Below, one piece after another: positions 1-9,405 of a stretch of 49,200 nt of DNA (positions are counted from its first letter, which is position 1; every line of letters starts with the position of its first letter). The notes beneath the pieces were generated by a model. It was not told the DNA's origin and did no database searches. It saw only the letters and a program-made list of their open reading frames with translations. Origin of the DNA: Candidatus Saccharimonadota bacterium. GTDB taxonomy: Bacteria > Patescibacteriota > Saccharimonadia > Saccharimonadales > JAUPVS01. The stretch lies in the NCBI GenBank assembly GCA_037139495.1, contig JBAXGG010000003.1, positions 1 to 49,200 of the forward strand, in the 5' to 3' direction. The position numbers and the translations under genes were made by a program.

Positions 1-27
1 GTGATAAAACTCCTATAATAAGCAGCA

Positions 28-1797
28 ATGAAGTCGATCTGGAGAATCATAACCTACACCAAGTCGTTGTGGCGCTACTACTTAGCCGTTAGCCTTATTT
101 CTATTGCCGTTGCCTTAGTCGGTTTAATGATTCCGCTGCTCAGCGGTAGAGCCATCGACGCTATTAAAGTTGGGGCTCCCGGTAACGTCACCAAAGTTGT
201 CTGGTTGGCGATCGGCATATTCGTGTTGGATGTGTTCTCGACCTTCCTCAGTAATATTGGTGGCTACTTTGGTGATCAGATGTCTTCTCGCCTGATGAAT
301 CTACTCAGCCACAACTACTACCAGCACCTACTTAGCCTGCCGCAAAGCTATTTTGATACCGAGCTGTCGGGCAAAATTATTAATCGACTTAATCGTTCGA
401 TTGGCCAGATTGGTAATTTTATGCAGATGTGGAGCAACAACTTTCTGCAGTTCATTTTTAGCACCATTTTTGCATTGGCAATTATAGCTTACTTTAGTTG
501 GCCTATCGCCTTACTTCTATTCTCCCTGTATCCGATATACGTATTTATGACAATTAAAACCAGTGGTAAATGGCAAAAGTACCAAGCCAAGATCAACCAT
601 AACTTGGATATTGCTAACGGACGATTTGCCGAATCGATTGGCCAGATCAAAGTTGTTAAAAGTTTTATACAGGAAAAGCACGAACTAAGCTTATTTAGGA
701 GTTACTACACTAAAGTGATCGGTATCACTAAACCGCAGTCGCACCTATGGCACAAACGTGATGTCCAGCGTCGCCTAGTATTAAATGTTATCTTCCTGGG
801 TGTTTATCTGTTAATTTTTGTTCAAGCCGTCAATGGGCACTTTACTCCTGGACAGGCCGTGGCCCTCATTTTATATTCTATGCAGATTCGCATCCCAATC
901 TTTACAATTAGCTTTTTGGTAGAAAACACCCAGCGTGCTGTGGCCGACAGCAAGGACTATTTTGAGGTTATGAGCCTTGAGCCGGCCATAAGTGATCAGC
1001 CAGACGCCAAACAGCTCAAAGTTATCAAGGGAACAATTGAGTTTGACCATGTTAGTTTTGCCTACGACGGCACGCCGGTTATTAACGACGTTTCGCTTAC
1101 TATTAAGCCGGATACCAAAGTGGCGTTGGTTGGCGAGAGTGGCGAGGGCAAAACGACCCTAACTAATCTGCTGTTACGCCTATATGAACCACAAAACGGC
1201 ACTATCTTTATAGATAGCCAAGATATTAATCACGTCAGTCAGCAAAGTCTGCGCAGTAACATAGGTGTAGTTTTCCAGGAGCCAGCTCTTTTTAGCGGTA
1301 CTATTTTTGAGAATATCGCCTATTCCGATCCTTCGGCTACGAAGGCCAAAGTCATTGCTGCCGCCAAAGCTGCCAACGCTGATGAATTTATTGCCAAGCT
1401 GGATAAGGGTTACGAGGCAGAAATTGGCGAACGCGGCCTCAAACTCAGCGGCGGCCAGAAACAACGCATCGCCATAGCCCGTGCACTTTTAAAAGACGCA
1501 CCAATCCTAGTTTTAGACGAAGCCACCAGCAACCTAGATAGCCGCAGTGAACAGATGGTTCAGGAAGCATTGCAACACCTAATGAGGGGCCGAACCACAA
1601 TTATTATTGCTCACCGCCTCAGCACCATCCAAAACGTTGACCAGATCATCACCTTGCAAGGCGGTCAGGTCAGCGAGGTTGGTTCACCAGCCGAACTATC
1701 GCAAAGCGGCGGCGTGTATGATCAGCTGCTCAAACTTCAGCTCGGCCACTCCTCGGCTGGCAAAAAGAAACTAAAAGAATTCGAAATCGCTGGTTAA
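28..1797 (+). CDS. ABC transporter, fused permease/ATP-binding protein (MsbA/multidrug exporter type)
   Basis: Six hydrophobic N-terminal segments; Walker A GESGEGKT, signature LSGGQ, Walker B ILVLDE, H-loop IAHRLST. Confidence 0.95.
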   Translation: MKSIWRIITYTKSLWRYYLAVSLISIAVALVGLMIPLLSGRAIDAIKVGAPGNVTKVVWLAIGIFVLDVFSTFLSNIGGYFGDQMSSRLMNLLSHNYYQHLLSLPQSYFDTELSGKIINRLNRSIGQIGNFMQMWSNNFLQFIFSTIFALAIIAYFSWPIALLLFSLYPIYVFMTIKTSGKWQKYQAKINHNLDIANGRFAESIGQIKVVKSFIQEKHELSLFRSYYTKVIGITKPQSHLWHKRDVQRRLVLNVIFLGVYLLIFVQAVNGHFTPGQAVALILYSMQIRIPIFTISFLVENTQRAVADSKDYFEVMSLEPAISDQPDAKQLKVIKGTIEFDHVSFAYDGTPVINDVSLTIKPDTKVALVGESGEGKTTLTNLLLRLYEPQNGTIFIDSQDINHVSQQSLRSNIGVVFQEPALFSGTIFENIAYSDPSATKAKVIAAAKAANADEFIAKLDKGYEAEIGERGLKLSGGQKQRIAIARALLKDAPILVLDEATSNLDSRSEQMVQEALQHLMRGRTTIIIAHRLSTIQNVDQIITLQGGQVSEVGSPAELSQSGGVYDQLLKLQLGHSSAGKKKLKEFEIAG

Positions 1798-1846
1798 AAG
1801 AAATGGATAATACACCTATAATAGTTTTTAGGCTACACTTAAGGGA

Positions 1847-2290
1847 ATGAGAAAAGCCGCCCGTGCCATTGTTATCCAAAACCAAAACATCTTGCTGATG
1901 AAGCGGAATAAGTTCGGACAAGAATACTATTGTTTGCCTGGCGGTGGCATAGATAGTGGTGAGACGGCCGATCAGTCGGTTTTAAGAGAAATTAAAGAAG
2001 AAGCCAGCCTGAGTGTTATCAATCCTCGCTTGGTTTACATAGAAGAGAATGGCGATCCGTACGGCACCCAGTATATTTTCGTATGTGATTATCAGGACGG
2101 GGACGTGAGGATTAGCCCAGATAGTATTGAAGCCAAATTGAATGCTATTGGCCAAAATACTTTCGAGACAATGTGGGTACCAGTCAGTAAATTTGCTGGA
2201 TTACCGTTCCGCTCGACAGCTTTGCAGCAGGAGCTTGTTAAGGCTTTTAGCCAGGGCTTTCCAAAAGAACCAAGAAAAATTCTCTCCTAG
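1847..2290 (+). CDS. Nudix hydrolase
   Basis: Nudix box GGGIDSGETADQSVLREIKEEA. Confidence 0.9.
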   Translation: MRKAARAIVIQNQNILLMKRNKFGQEYYCLPGGGIDSGETADQSVLREIKEEASLSVINPRLVYIEENGDPYGTQYIFVCDYQDGDVRISPDSIEAKLNAIGQNTFETMWVPVSKFAGLPFRSTALQQELVKAFSQGFPKEPRKILS

Positions 2291-2335
2291 GCCGAAATCA
2301 GCTATAATAAGACGAAACAACAGGAGGTTTAATTT

Positions 2336-2848
2336 ATGGCTAAAAAACGTCAAAGAATAGCGGCTTTAATTGCGGCATTGTTCTTTTTAATCGCATCGTT
2401 AGCCACTAGCGCAGCTGTAATTTATACGATGATCAAACAAAGTAAAGAAGGAAAAACACCCGTGACAGACACAACAAGCCAAGCCGCCAAGCCAGCCGAC
2501 AAACTAGCTGGATTCACTCCGATTTCTGAACCAGTCGCAAATTTGCAGATCACTGACAGTAAAGTTGGCACTGGAGATGAAGCGAAATCTACTTCAACCG
2601 TGAGTGTTCTCTACACTGGTGCCCTTGTAAAGACTGGTATCATTTTCGAATCAAGCGGCTCTCAGCCAGTTTCGTTCCCAGTCAGTGGCGTTATTAAAGG
2701 TTGGCAGGACGGCGTACCTGGTATGAAAGTTGGCGGTGTCCGTCGTTTAGTTATACCGGCTGTTCAAGCTTATGGTGCACAGGCTAACGCTAAGATCCCT
2801 GCAAACTCCGATTTAGTGTTCGACATCACACTGCTCAGCGTCAAATAA
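2336..2848 (+). CDS. Membrane-anchored FKBP-type peptidyl-prolyl cis-trans isomerase
   Basis: N-terminal TM/signal segment; VIKGWQDGVPGMKVGGVRRLVIP..AYG..IPANSDLVFDITLL; SD CAGGAGG upstream. Confidence 0.92.
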   Translation: MAKKRQRIAALIAALFFLIASLATSAAVIYTMIKQSKEGKTPVTDTTSQAAKPADKLAGFTPISEPVANLQITDSKVGTGDEAKSTSTVSVLYTGALVKTGIIFESSGSQPVSFPVSGVIKGWQDGVPGMKVGGVRRLVIPAVQAYGAQANAKIPANSDLVFDITLLSVK

Positions 2849-2881
2849 CAGCGCCCAATAGGTAGATAAAAGTAGGCAAAA

Positions 2882-2930
2882 GCACAACATATAGCGCTAT
2901 TGCATTTACCAAGTACACCATATACAATGC
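2882..2930 (+). promoter_or_regulatory. Putative tandem NrdR boxes overlapping a sigma70 promoter of the redoxin gene
   Basis: GCACAACATATAGCGC (2882-2897) matches the NrdR consensus acaCwAtATaTwGtgt; weaker copy ACACCATATACAATGC (2915-2930); promoter TTGCAT(2900)-N17-TACAAT(2923). Confidence 0.6.
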
Positions 2931-2991
2931 TCTTGTAGATAAATAACAATTAAAAATTAATCAAAAACAATAACTAAGAGGGGATCATCAA

Positions 2992-3240
2992 ATGGCCAAA
3001 GACATCACTATTTTTACTACAAACACCTGCGCCTATTGCGTTATGGTCAAGCGCTATTTAACCTCTAAAGGCATGAACTACAACGAGGTAAACCTCGACA
3101 CTAACCCAGAACGACAAAAAGAAGCCATGGAACTAAGCGGTGCGCTTACTGTTCCAGTTACCGTTGTCACTAAAGAAGATGACAGTCGTGAAGTTGTGGT
3201 TGGGTTTAATCTTGCAAAACTAGCTCCAGCATTAGCTTAA
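2992..3240 (+). CDS. Glutaredoxin-like / NrdH-redoxin
   Basis: 82 aa, CAYC active site, cis-Pro motif TVPV, C-terminal VGF; adjacent to trxB. Confidence 0.88.
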   Translation: MAKDITIFTTNTCAYCVMVKRYLTSKGMNYNEVNLDTNPERQKEAMELSGALTVPVTVVTKEDDSREVVVGFNLAKLAPALA

Positions 3241-3356
3241 TTTATTCAAACCTGATTCACCATCGAGCTTTTATTTACGTATTTCTCCCGTCGTACCACT
3301 ACTACGGTTCGTATCAATACTCATCGCCTCCTTGTATTGCATCAAGCTTAAATAAA
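3241..3356 (-). repeat. 116-nt palindromic intergenic element (structured RNA or MITE-like)
   Basis: Arms 3241-3256 and 3341-3356 give 16 consecutive pairs (3 G-U) only on the minus strand; inner hairpin 3288-3307. Confidence 0.5.
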
Positions 3357-3388
3357 CCTCATAATGTGACTATATATAAGGAGTTCTA

Positions 3389-4336
3389 ATGTCCGATGCA
3401 GAAAAACCCAAAGTTAATAAAGTTGTAATGATTGGTGCTGGGCCGGCCGCTTTGGCGGCAGCTGTTTACACTACTCGAGAAGATATACAGACTCTACTTT
3501 TCGAAAAAGGCGTAATCGGTGGCCTGGCTGCAATTACAGATTGGGTTGATAACTACCCTGGTTTCGCCAAGGGCATCGCTGGTTTGGATCTAGCAGAAAG
3601 CTTGCGACAACAGGCTGAACGTTTTGGTGCCGAGATTGAACTGGGCGAAGTTATGAGTATCAAAAAAGAAGGTGATATCTTGAAGCTTGACACTACTAGT
3701 GGTGATATATTGGCCGAAACTATTCTGATTGCAACTGGCAGTGACTATAAAAAAATTGGTGTACCTGGCGAAAAAGAATATTACGCCCGTGGCGTTCACT
3801 ACTGTGCAACTTGCGACGGCGCATTTTACCGTGACAAGCGACTGGTTGTGATTGGCGGTGGTAACTCAGCCGTCCAGGAATCAATCTTCTTAACTCGCTT
3901 CGCTACTCATATTGATCTTTTGGTGCGCAGCAAATTACGGGCCTCCGACGTCTTGATTAAAGAGCTTGAGAAGCATAAAGATAAAATAACTGTTCATGTT
4001 GGCGTCACGACTGACGAAATTGTTGGCGACGACGGTAGAGTGACTAAAGTTATCGGCACCCTCCATGGAAAAAACGTCGAGTTTGAGACCGACGGAGTCT
4101 TCGTTTTCGTTGGGCTGTTGCCGAACACACAATTCCTTAAAGATAGCGGCGTAGACCTTGATGAAGTTGGTCTAATCAGAACCAACACTAGCCTAGAAAC
4201 CAACGTTTCAGGCATTTTCGCTGCCGGTGACGTCCGCAGCGGCGCCACCCTGCAGATTGCCAGTGCCGTCGGTGAAGGCGCCACTGCCGCCCTCATGATC
4301 CGCAGACACCTAGAGGAAAAAGAACAGACCACTTAG
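3389..4336 (+). CDS. trxB: Thioredoxin-disulfide reductase
   Basis: GAGPAAL FAD motif, CATC redox motif, GGGNSA NADPH motif, GIFAAGD. Confidence 0.95.
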   Translation: MSDAEKPKVNKVVMIGAGPAALAAAVYTTREDIQTLLFEKGVIGGLAAITDWVDNYPGFAKGIAGLDLAESLRQQAERFGAEIELGEVMSIKKEGDILKLDTTSGDILAETILIATGSDYKKIGVPGEKEYYARGVHYCATCDGAFYRDKRLVVIGGGNSAVQESIFLTRFATHIDLLVRSKLRASDVLIKELEKHKDKITVHVGVTTDEIVGDDGRVTKVIGTLHGKNVEFETDGVFVFVGLLPNTQFLKDSGVDLDEVGLIRTNTSLETNVSGIFAAGDVRSGATLQIASAVGEGATAALMIRRHLEEKEQTT

Positions 4337-5016
4337 ATGCTGTAGTCGTTCTCGTAACCGGGGAAGTAGTCCGATTTCAATGAGTCAGCTGGTAAACCAG
4401 CCTTGACTAAGCTGTCGCTTAGGCTGTCAACCATCTGCTCGGGGCCAGAGATATAGACTAGTTTGCCGTCTGGTGAGCCAATTTCTTGCATCAATAGGTC
4501 TGTGGTCAAGCGTTTGCCGACAAACGGTTTAACTTCCGCGCCATAAGATTGAAACAAGTCAGAAAAAAGCAACCCGGCTTCGGTTTGGGCAGCATAAAGT
4601 AGTTTTATAGTACGCTTTTCGTGCTTATCGGTAAGAAACCTAACCATACTGTGGTACGGAGTAATCCCGATTCCGCCAGCAATAAATAATAGCTGTAAAT
4701 TTGGGTCAGTGGGTAGTACGAAGTTACCCTCAGGCTGGTTTATCTCCGCACTATTGCCTGGTTTTAAGGCGAACAAGGCCTTTTTGAAAGAACTACTTTT
4801 TTCAGTGAAGAATTTAGTTGTAATACTTAAGAATGGTTCGGTTGGCGCAGAAGAAAGGGTAAACCAGCGTTTATCGCCTCTTCCATCGCTGTTTGGGTGT
4901 GCCAGAGTCATCTCAACGAACTGACCAGCTTCGTATGCAACCGGCTTTTCGGGCTTCCACTTAAAAGTGGTAATATTGTCGGCCTCGGCAACTGTTTCTA
5001 TCAAGGTTATCTTCAT
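4333..5016 (-). CDS. FAD-binding oxidoreductase, ferredoxin-NADP+ reductase (FNR) family
   Basis: AGQF, RWFTLSS (RxYS-like), AGGIGITP, SGP (CGP-like) motifs. Confidence 0.85.
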   Translation of the reverse strand: MKITLIETVAEADNITTFKWKPEKPVAYEAGQFVEMTLAHPNSDGRGDKRWFTLSSAPTEPFLSITTKFFTEKSSSFKKALFALKPGNSAEINQPEGNFVLPTDPNLQLLFIAGGIGITPYHSMVRFLTDKHEKRTIKLLYAAQTEAGLLFSDLFQSYGAEVKPFVGKRLTTDLLMQEIGSPDGKLVYISGPEQMVDSLSDSLVKAGLPADSLKSDYFPGYENDYSI

Positions 5017-5693
5017 ATCGAACGCCTTTTTACTAACCGGTCCGGGTAGTCGGTACAGATCGAGGCGCGAGGGTAAAGGATGTGCAGAAACCAGGCCAAA
5101 AAACGGCTGTTAACGGTGTACAGGTAAACGTCCAGACCGGCTCGTCGAGCCTGGAAGTAGCCAAAAGGGTTAAGTAGCCAAAAGTTTAGGCCAATGCCTT
5201 GCAACTTGTAGCGCTTGGCGACCTGGATGGCCTCAAGCCATTTGGTATGTTCCAGATAGTAAAGCGGCAGTTTGGGTCGTAATCGACGTAAGTTTTCTAG
5301 CAATGATTGCCGGAACGAGGCTACCCAGACTTTAGTATTAGGGAAGGCGTCCAATACCGATACAATTGCTGCCTCGCAATCATTATCCTTAGCCTCAATA
5401 ATCAGGCCACTTTTGCCTACTAACTTCAGGACGTCTTCTAGTAATAATAGGTTAGAACCGTCCCGCAAGGTTAAGCCTTTTAGGGCCGACCAGTCATGGT
5501 CTCCAATCTTACTTGTGTTGCCGGCCATGGTGACCAAATCAACATCGTGGCAGACTACTAGTTTGTTGTCACGCGTTAAACGAACGTCGATTTCGATAAT
5601 TGACGTTCCTAAGGCTAGGGCTTGTTTGATGGCCGAGACTGAGTTTTCCAGCCCCAAACCGGCGGCACCGCGGTGCCCGATAATTTGTTTCAT
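5013..5693 (-). CDS. Glycerophosphodiester phosphodiesterase (GDPD family)
   Basis: HRG, ENS, EIDVRLTRD..VVCHD, YTVN, TDYP motifs. Confidence 0.92.
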   Translation of the reverse strand: MKQIIGHRGAAGLGLENSVSAIKQALALGTSIIEIDVRLTRDNKLVVCHDVDLVTMAGNTSKIGDHDWSALKGLTLRDGSNLLLLEDVLKLVGKSGLIIEAKDNDCEAAIVSVLDAFPNTKVWVASFRQSLLENLRRLRPKLPLYYLEHTKWLEAIQVAKRYKLQGIGLNFWLLNPFGYFQARRAGLDVYLYTVNSRFLAWFLHILYPRASICTDYPDRLVKRRSI

Positions 5694-5747
5694 AGCTTGC
5701 TCTGCTAGTAGTGTACAATATGTACCAGAAAGTGAGGAATATAACAG

Positions 5748-6275
5748 ATGGCAGACTTTAATCAGGTACTTGATACTGGCGCAGTCGATGACGGCACCGT
5801 TAACACAGTTGTAGAAATTTCTAAGGGTTCGACTCTTAAGATCGAATGGGATCGCAAAAGAGCTGTTTTTATGTTAGACCGAATTGAACCAGCCATCTTT
5901 GTTAAACCCTGCAACTACGGTTTTATCCCTAAGACTCTCGACGAAGACGGTGATGAACTAGATACACTAATTGTTACCGAGGAGCCATTACCAACCGGTA
6001 TCTGGCTAGAAGCTCGCGTAGTTGGTATCTTGAACTTTGAAGACGACGGCGAAGCTGACCACAAAGTTGTGGTAGTCCCAGCCGACAACCGCAACAGCGG
6101 CGACAACATTAAAACGCTAGATGACCTCGGTGAACGTTGGAAAGAACAGATTGTCCACCACTTTACTCATTACAAAGACCTCAAAAAGCCCGGTAGCACC
6201 AAAGTCCTCGGCTGGGGAGATATTGCTGCGGCAATTGCAACAATCAAAGAGTGTCAAGAACGCTACACTAAGTAG
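5748..6275 (+). CDS. ppa: Family I inorganic pyrophosphatase
   Basis: NYGFIPKTLDEDGDELD, DDGEADHK, FTHYKDL. Confidence 0.95.
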   Translation: MADFNQVLDTGAVDDGTVNTVVEISKGSTLKIEWDRKRAVFMLDRIEPAIFVKPCNYGFIPKTLDEDGDELDTLIVTEEPLPTGIWLEARVVGILNFEDDGEADHKVVVVPADNRNSGDNIKTLDDLGERWKEQIVHHFTHYKDLKKPGSTKVLGWGDIAAAIATIKECQERYTK

Positions 6276-6347
6276 GCGACAATCTCCGCCCTTTAGAAAA
6301 CGATCTTTTTTACCTGTAGAATCAGATTTTGGCTCAAACCTAGCTGC

Positions 6348-6381
6348 TTGCGTCCAGCCCCGTTACCAGATACAATAACGG
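6348..6381 (+). promoter_or_regulatory. Putative sigma70 promoter of the gap operon
   Basis: TTGCGT(6348)-N17-TACAAT(6371); inverted repeat CCGTTA/TAACGG (6360-6365, 6376-6381) brackets the -10. Confidence 0.5.
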
Positions 6382-6416
6382 TATAAAGAACTAATGCTTT
6401 AAAAGGATACAAAGAA

Positions 6417-7457
6417 ATGAAAACACGGGTAGCAATCAACGGCTTTGGGCGTATCGGCCGTAACGCTTTTAAAATTGCCTTTGACCGGACCGATATCGAA
6501 ATTGTTGCTGTTAACGATATCACTGACACAAAAACTCTAGCTCATCTCCTGAAGTACGACAGCAACTACGGAACTTACGAGAATGTAGTTACCTTTGATT
6601 CCGAAAATATCATTGTTAAAGGCAAAAAAATTCCAGTTTTAGCTCAGACTGATCCTGCTTTACTCCCCTGGAAGGAACTAAAAGTTGACGTTGTTATCGA
6701 GTCGACCGGTTTTTTTGTTGATCCAGCCAAAGCTCGTGCCCATATTACTGCCGGTGCCAAAAAAGTCGTGTTGAGTGCTCCCGCCAAAGGCGAAGGTGCT
6801 ACAACAATCGTGCTCGGTGTTAACGATGACAGCCTAGAAACCGCCGAAGACATTATTAGCAACGCGTCGTGTACTACAAACTGTATTACACCAGTTGCCG
6901 CTGTTATCGAAGCCGCGTTTGGTATCGATAAAGCCATGATGACAACTATCCACAGTTATACGGCCAGCCAGAAGCTGCAGGACGCGCCGTCTAAGGACTT
7001 GCGTGAGGCACGGAATGCTGCCGAGAATATAGTTCCAACTAGTACCGGTGCCTCAATTGCTGCCGCCCAAGCATTGCCTGCTTTAGCTGGTGTCTTTGGC
7101 GGTTTGTCGGTGCGTGTACCAACCCCAGTCGTCTCACTGAGTGACTTCGTTATTATCACCAAGAAACCTGTGACCGTCGAAGCCGTTAATGAGGCTTTTA
7201 AAAAAGCTGCTCAAGAACCCTACTATCAAGGGATTCTAGCGGTTACAGAAGAAGAGCTGGTTAGCAAAGATTTTATAGGTAATAGTCACTCGGCTATTGT
7301 TGACAGTAAGCTCACCGCTGTAATTGGCGACAATATGCTTAAAGTTGTTGCCTGGTACGACAACGAGTGGGGCTACAGCAATCGTTTGGTAGAAGTTGTC
7401 GCTGACGCCGGCCGAATTTTGCACACTAAAGAAGACCACAACGAACATCACGAGTAA
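6417..7457 (+). CDS. gap: Type I glyceraldehyde-3-phosphate dehydrogenase
   Basis: INGFGRIGR, SNASCTTNC, WYDNEWGYS. Confidence 0.98.
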   Translation: MKTRVAINGFGRIGRNAFKIAFDRTDIEIVAVNDITDTKTLAHLLKYDSNYGTYENVVTFDSENIIVKGKKIPVLAQTDPALLPWKELKVDVVIESTGFFVDPAKARAHITAGAKKVVLSAPAKGEGATTIVLGVNDDSLETAEDIISNASCTTNCITPVAAVIEAAFGIDKAMMTTIHSYTASQKLQDAPSKDLREARNAAENIVPTSTGASIAAAQALPALAGVFGGLSVRVPTPVVSLSDFVIITKKPVTVEAVNEAFKKAAQEPYYQGILAVTEEELVSKDFIGNSHSAIVDSKLTAVIGDNMLKVVAWYDNEWGYSNRLVEVVADAGRILHTKEDHNEHHE

Positions 7458-7461
7458 AAAA

Positions 7462-7911
7462 ATGAAGATCTTTTTAGGCGCCGACCATAACGGTTTTGGA
7501 CTCAAAAGCAAGCTTGCTGACTACCTACAAACTCGCGGTTACGAGGTCGCAGACGGCGGTGATAAGCAACTTAATCCGGAAGATGATTTTCCGGAGTTCG
7601 CAAGTAAAGCCGTTCATGCTCTGAAGGGGAGCGGTGATCCCGAAGCTCGAGCAGTTTTAATATGTGGCAGCGGTCAAGGAATGTGCATGGCCGCTAATCG
7701 CTTTAAAGGTATTAGGGCCAGTTTGGTTTGGAACGAATCTGAGGCCCGATCGTCCCGGAACGATGACGATAGCAATGTCCTCTGCCTAGCCGCCCGAGAA
7801 AACACGGACTTTGACCAGATTACCGCTATTTTAGAAGTATGGCTCAAAACACCATTTTTAGGCGCTGACCGCTTTAGTCGCCGTATTAAGCAATTGGACG
7901 AGTTGGGTTAA
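7462..7911 (+). CDS. rpiB: Ribose-5-phosphate isomerase B (RpiB/LacA/LacB family)
   Basis: GADHNG, ICGSGQGM..ANR.KGIRA, N.SNVLCL; start moved to ATG 7462 just after the gap stop. Confidence 0.9.
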   Translation: MKIFLGADHNGFGLKSKLADYLQTRGYEVADGGDKQLNPEDDFPEFASKAVHALKGSGDPEARAVLICGSGQGMCMAANRFKGIRASLVWNESEARSSRNDDDSNVLCLAARENTDFDQITAILEVWLKTPFLGADRFSRRIKQLDELG

Positions 7912-7913
7912 AT

Positions 7914-8543
7914 ATGAGTGTAGTTGTCCCGGCGATTCTAGCTAAAGACCTGGCAACCTATAAGACTCAAATTCGGCGCGTCGAAAAGTTTGCCGAACGT
8001 ATTCATATTGATTTAACAGACCAGTTGTTTGCAATCAGCCCGACCATCAAGCTTGGGGAAGTTTTCTGGCCAAAGAAGCTTAAGGCAGATCTACATTTGA
8101 TGTACAAAACTCCAACCCGATATATGCGAGAGATTGTCAGGCTGATGCCAAATCTAGTCATAGTCCATGCCGAAGCCGACGGTGATTTTTTGACCTTTGC
8201 CCAGATTCTGGGCAAGCTTAAAATTAAAGTTGGAGTTGCCTTATTGCCCGAAACGCCAGCTTCAGCCATAAAACCCGCTCTACAGTATATTGATCATGTC
8301 ATGATCTTCAGTGGGCACCTTGGTAAATTTGGCGGCGAAGCCGATTTAGACCTGCTCGTTAAGGCCCAAGCCCTAAAGCATATAAAGCCGGAACTAGAAA
8401 TCGGTTGGGATGGTGGAGTTAACGATCGAAATGTTCATCTGCTCAAAGCGGCCGGGGTAGACGTTCTTAATGTTGGTGGTTTCATCCATGAGTCTAAAAA
8501 ACCAGCTACCGCTTATGCTAGACTGTTAAAACAGGTTAGTTGA
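7914..8543 (+). CDS. rpe: Ribulose-phosphate 3-epimerase
   Basis: PAIL, HID, DLHLM, HAEA, G.FGG, DGGVN motifs. Confidence 0.9.
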   Translation: MSVVVPAILAKDLATYKTQIRRVEKFAERIHIDLTDQLFAISPTIKLGEVFWPKKLKADLHLMYKTPTRYMREIVRLMPNLVIVHAEADGDFLTFAQILGKLKIKVGVALLPETPASAIKPALQYIDHVMIFSGHLGKFGGEADLDLLVKAQALKHIKPELEIGWDGGVNDRNVHLLKAAGVDVLNVGGFIHESKKPATAYARLLKQVS

Positions 8544-8550
8544 TTCAAAT

Positions 8551-9405
8551 ATGCAAAAACTAAACATCCAGGAATTAGAACTCAAAGCTAATACCATTCG
8601 CGAGGACATTATTAAGATGTTGGAGCGTGCTGGTAGCGGCCATAGTGCCGGTCCACTAGGATTGGCCGACATTTTTAGCGCTCTATATTTCGACATCCTA
8701 AAGCACGACCCCAAAAAACCCAATTGGAACCAACGCGACCTACTATTACTGAGTAATGGTCACTGCATACCGGTTCAATACGCTGCGATGGCCGAAGCTG
8801 GTTATTTTGACAAAGAAGAATTGATGACTTTGCGGCAGTTTGGCTCCCGTCTGCAAGGACACCCCGAGCGTCTACGTTTACCTGGTCTTGAGAACACTAG
8901 CGGCCCATTAGGCTCTGGCTTAAGTCAGGCGGCCGGAATGGCTTTAGCATTGCGCATGAACAAGGATCATTACCGTTGGATTTACGTAGTGATGGGTGAC
9001 GGTGAACAGGATGAAGGTAACATCTGGGAAGCAGCTATGCTAGCGGCCAAATACAAGCTCAATAACATTATAGCAATTACCGATCGCAATAATATTCAGA
9101 TCGATGGTCCTACTGAAACAGTCATGCCACTGGAAGACCTGCGCGCTAAGTGGGAAGCCTTTGGATGGCACGTAATTGAGGTTGATGGCAATAATATCGA
9201 AGCCGTCATTGACGCTTGCGCCATGGGCCGGGCAATTATCGAAAAACCAGTAATGATTATCGCTCACACTATACCTGGTAAAGGTGTTGATTTTATGGAG
9301 TACGACTTCCGATGGCACGGTATACCACCAAATCATGAACAAGCCAAGAAGGCTATCCACGAAATTCGCACTCTCGGCGGCAAGATTCGGGGCGAACATG
9401 AGTAA
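8551..9405 (+). CDS. tkt: Transketolase, N-terminal (TPP-binding) subunit
   Basis: GSGH, LSNGH, LQGHP, GPLGSG, GDGE..EG..WEA, DRN. Confidence 0.95.
   Translation: MQKLNIQELELKANTIREDIIKMLERAGSGHSAGPLGLADIFSALYFDILKHDPKKPNWNQRDLLLLSNGHCIPVQYAAMAEAGYFDKEELMTLRQFGSRLQGHPERLRLPGLENTSGPLGSGLSQAAGMALALRMNKDHYRWIYVVMGDGEQDEGNIWEAAMLAAKYKLNNIIAITDRNNIQIDGPTETVMPLEDLRAKWEAFGWHVIEVDGNNIEAVIDACAMGRAIIEKPVMIIAHTIPGKGVDFMEYDFRWHGIPPNHEQAKKAIHEIRTLGGKIRGEHE

Noticed and set aside
7396-9397. Longer ORF-track starts for rpiB (7396) and the transketolase C subunit (9284); possible frameshifted single transketolase
   Set aside because: The extensions overlap upstream genes; two-subunit transketolases are a known natural form and both halves have proper starts and stops
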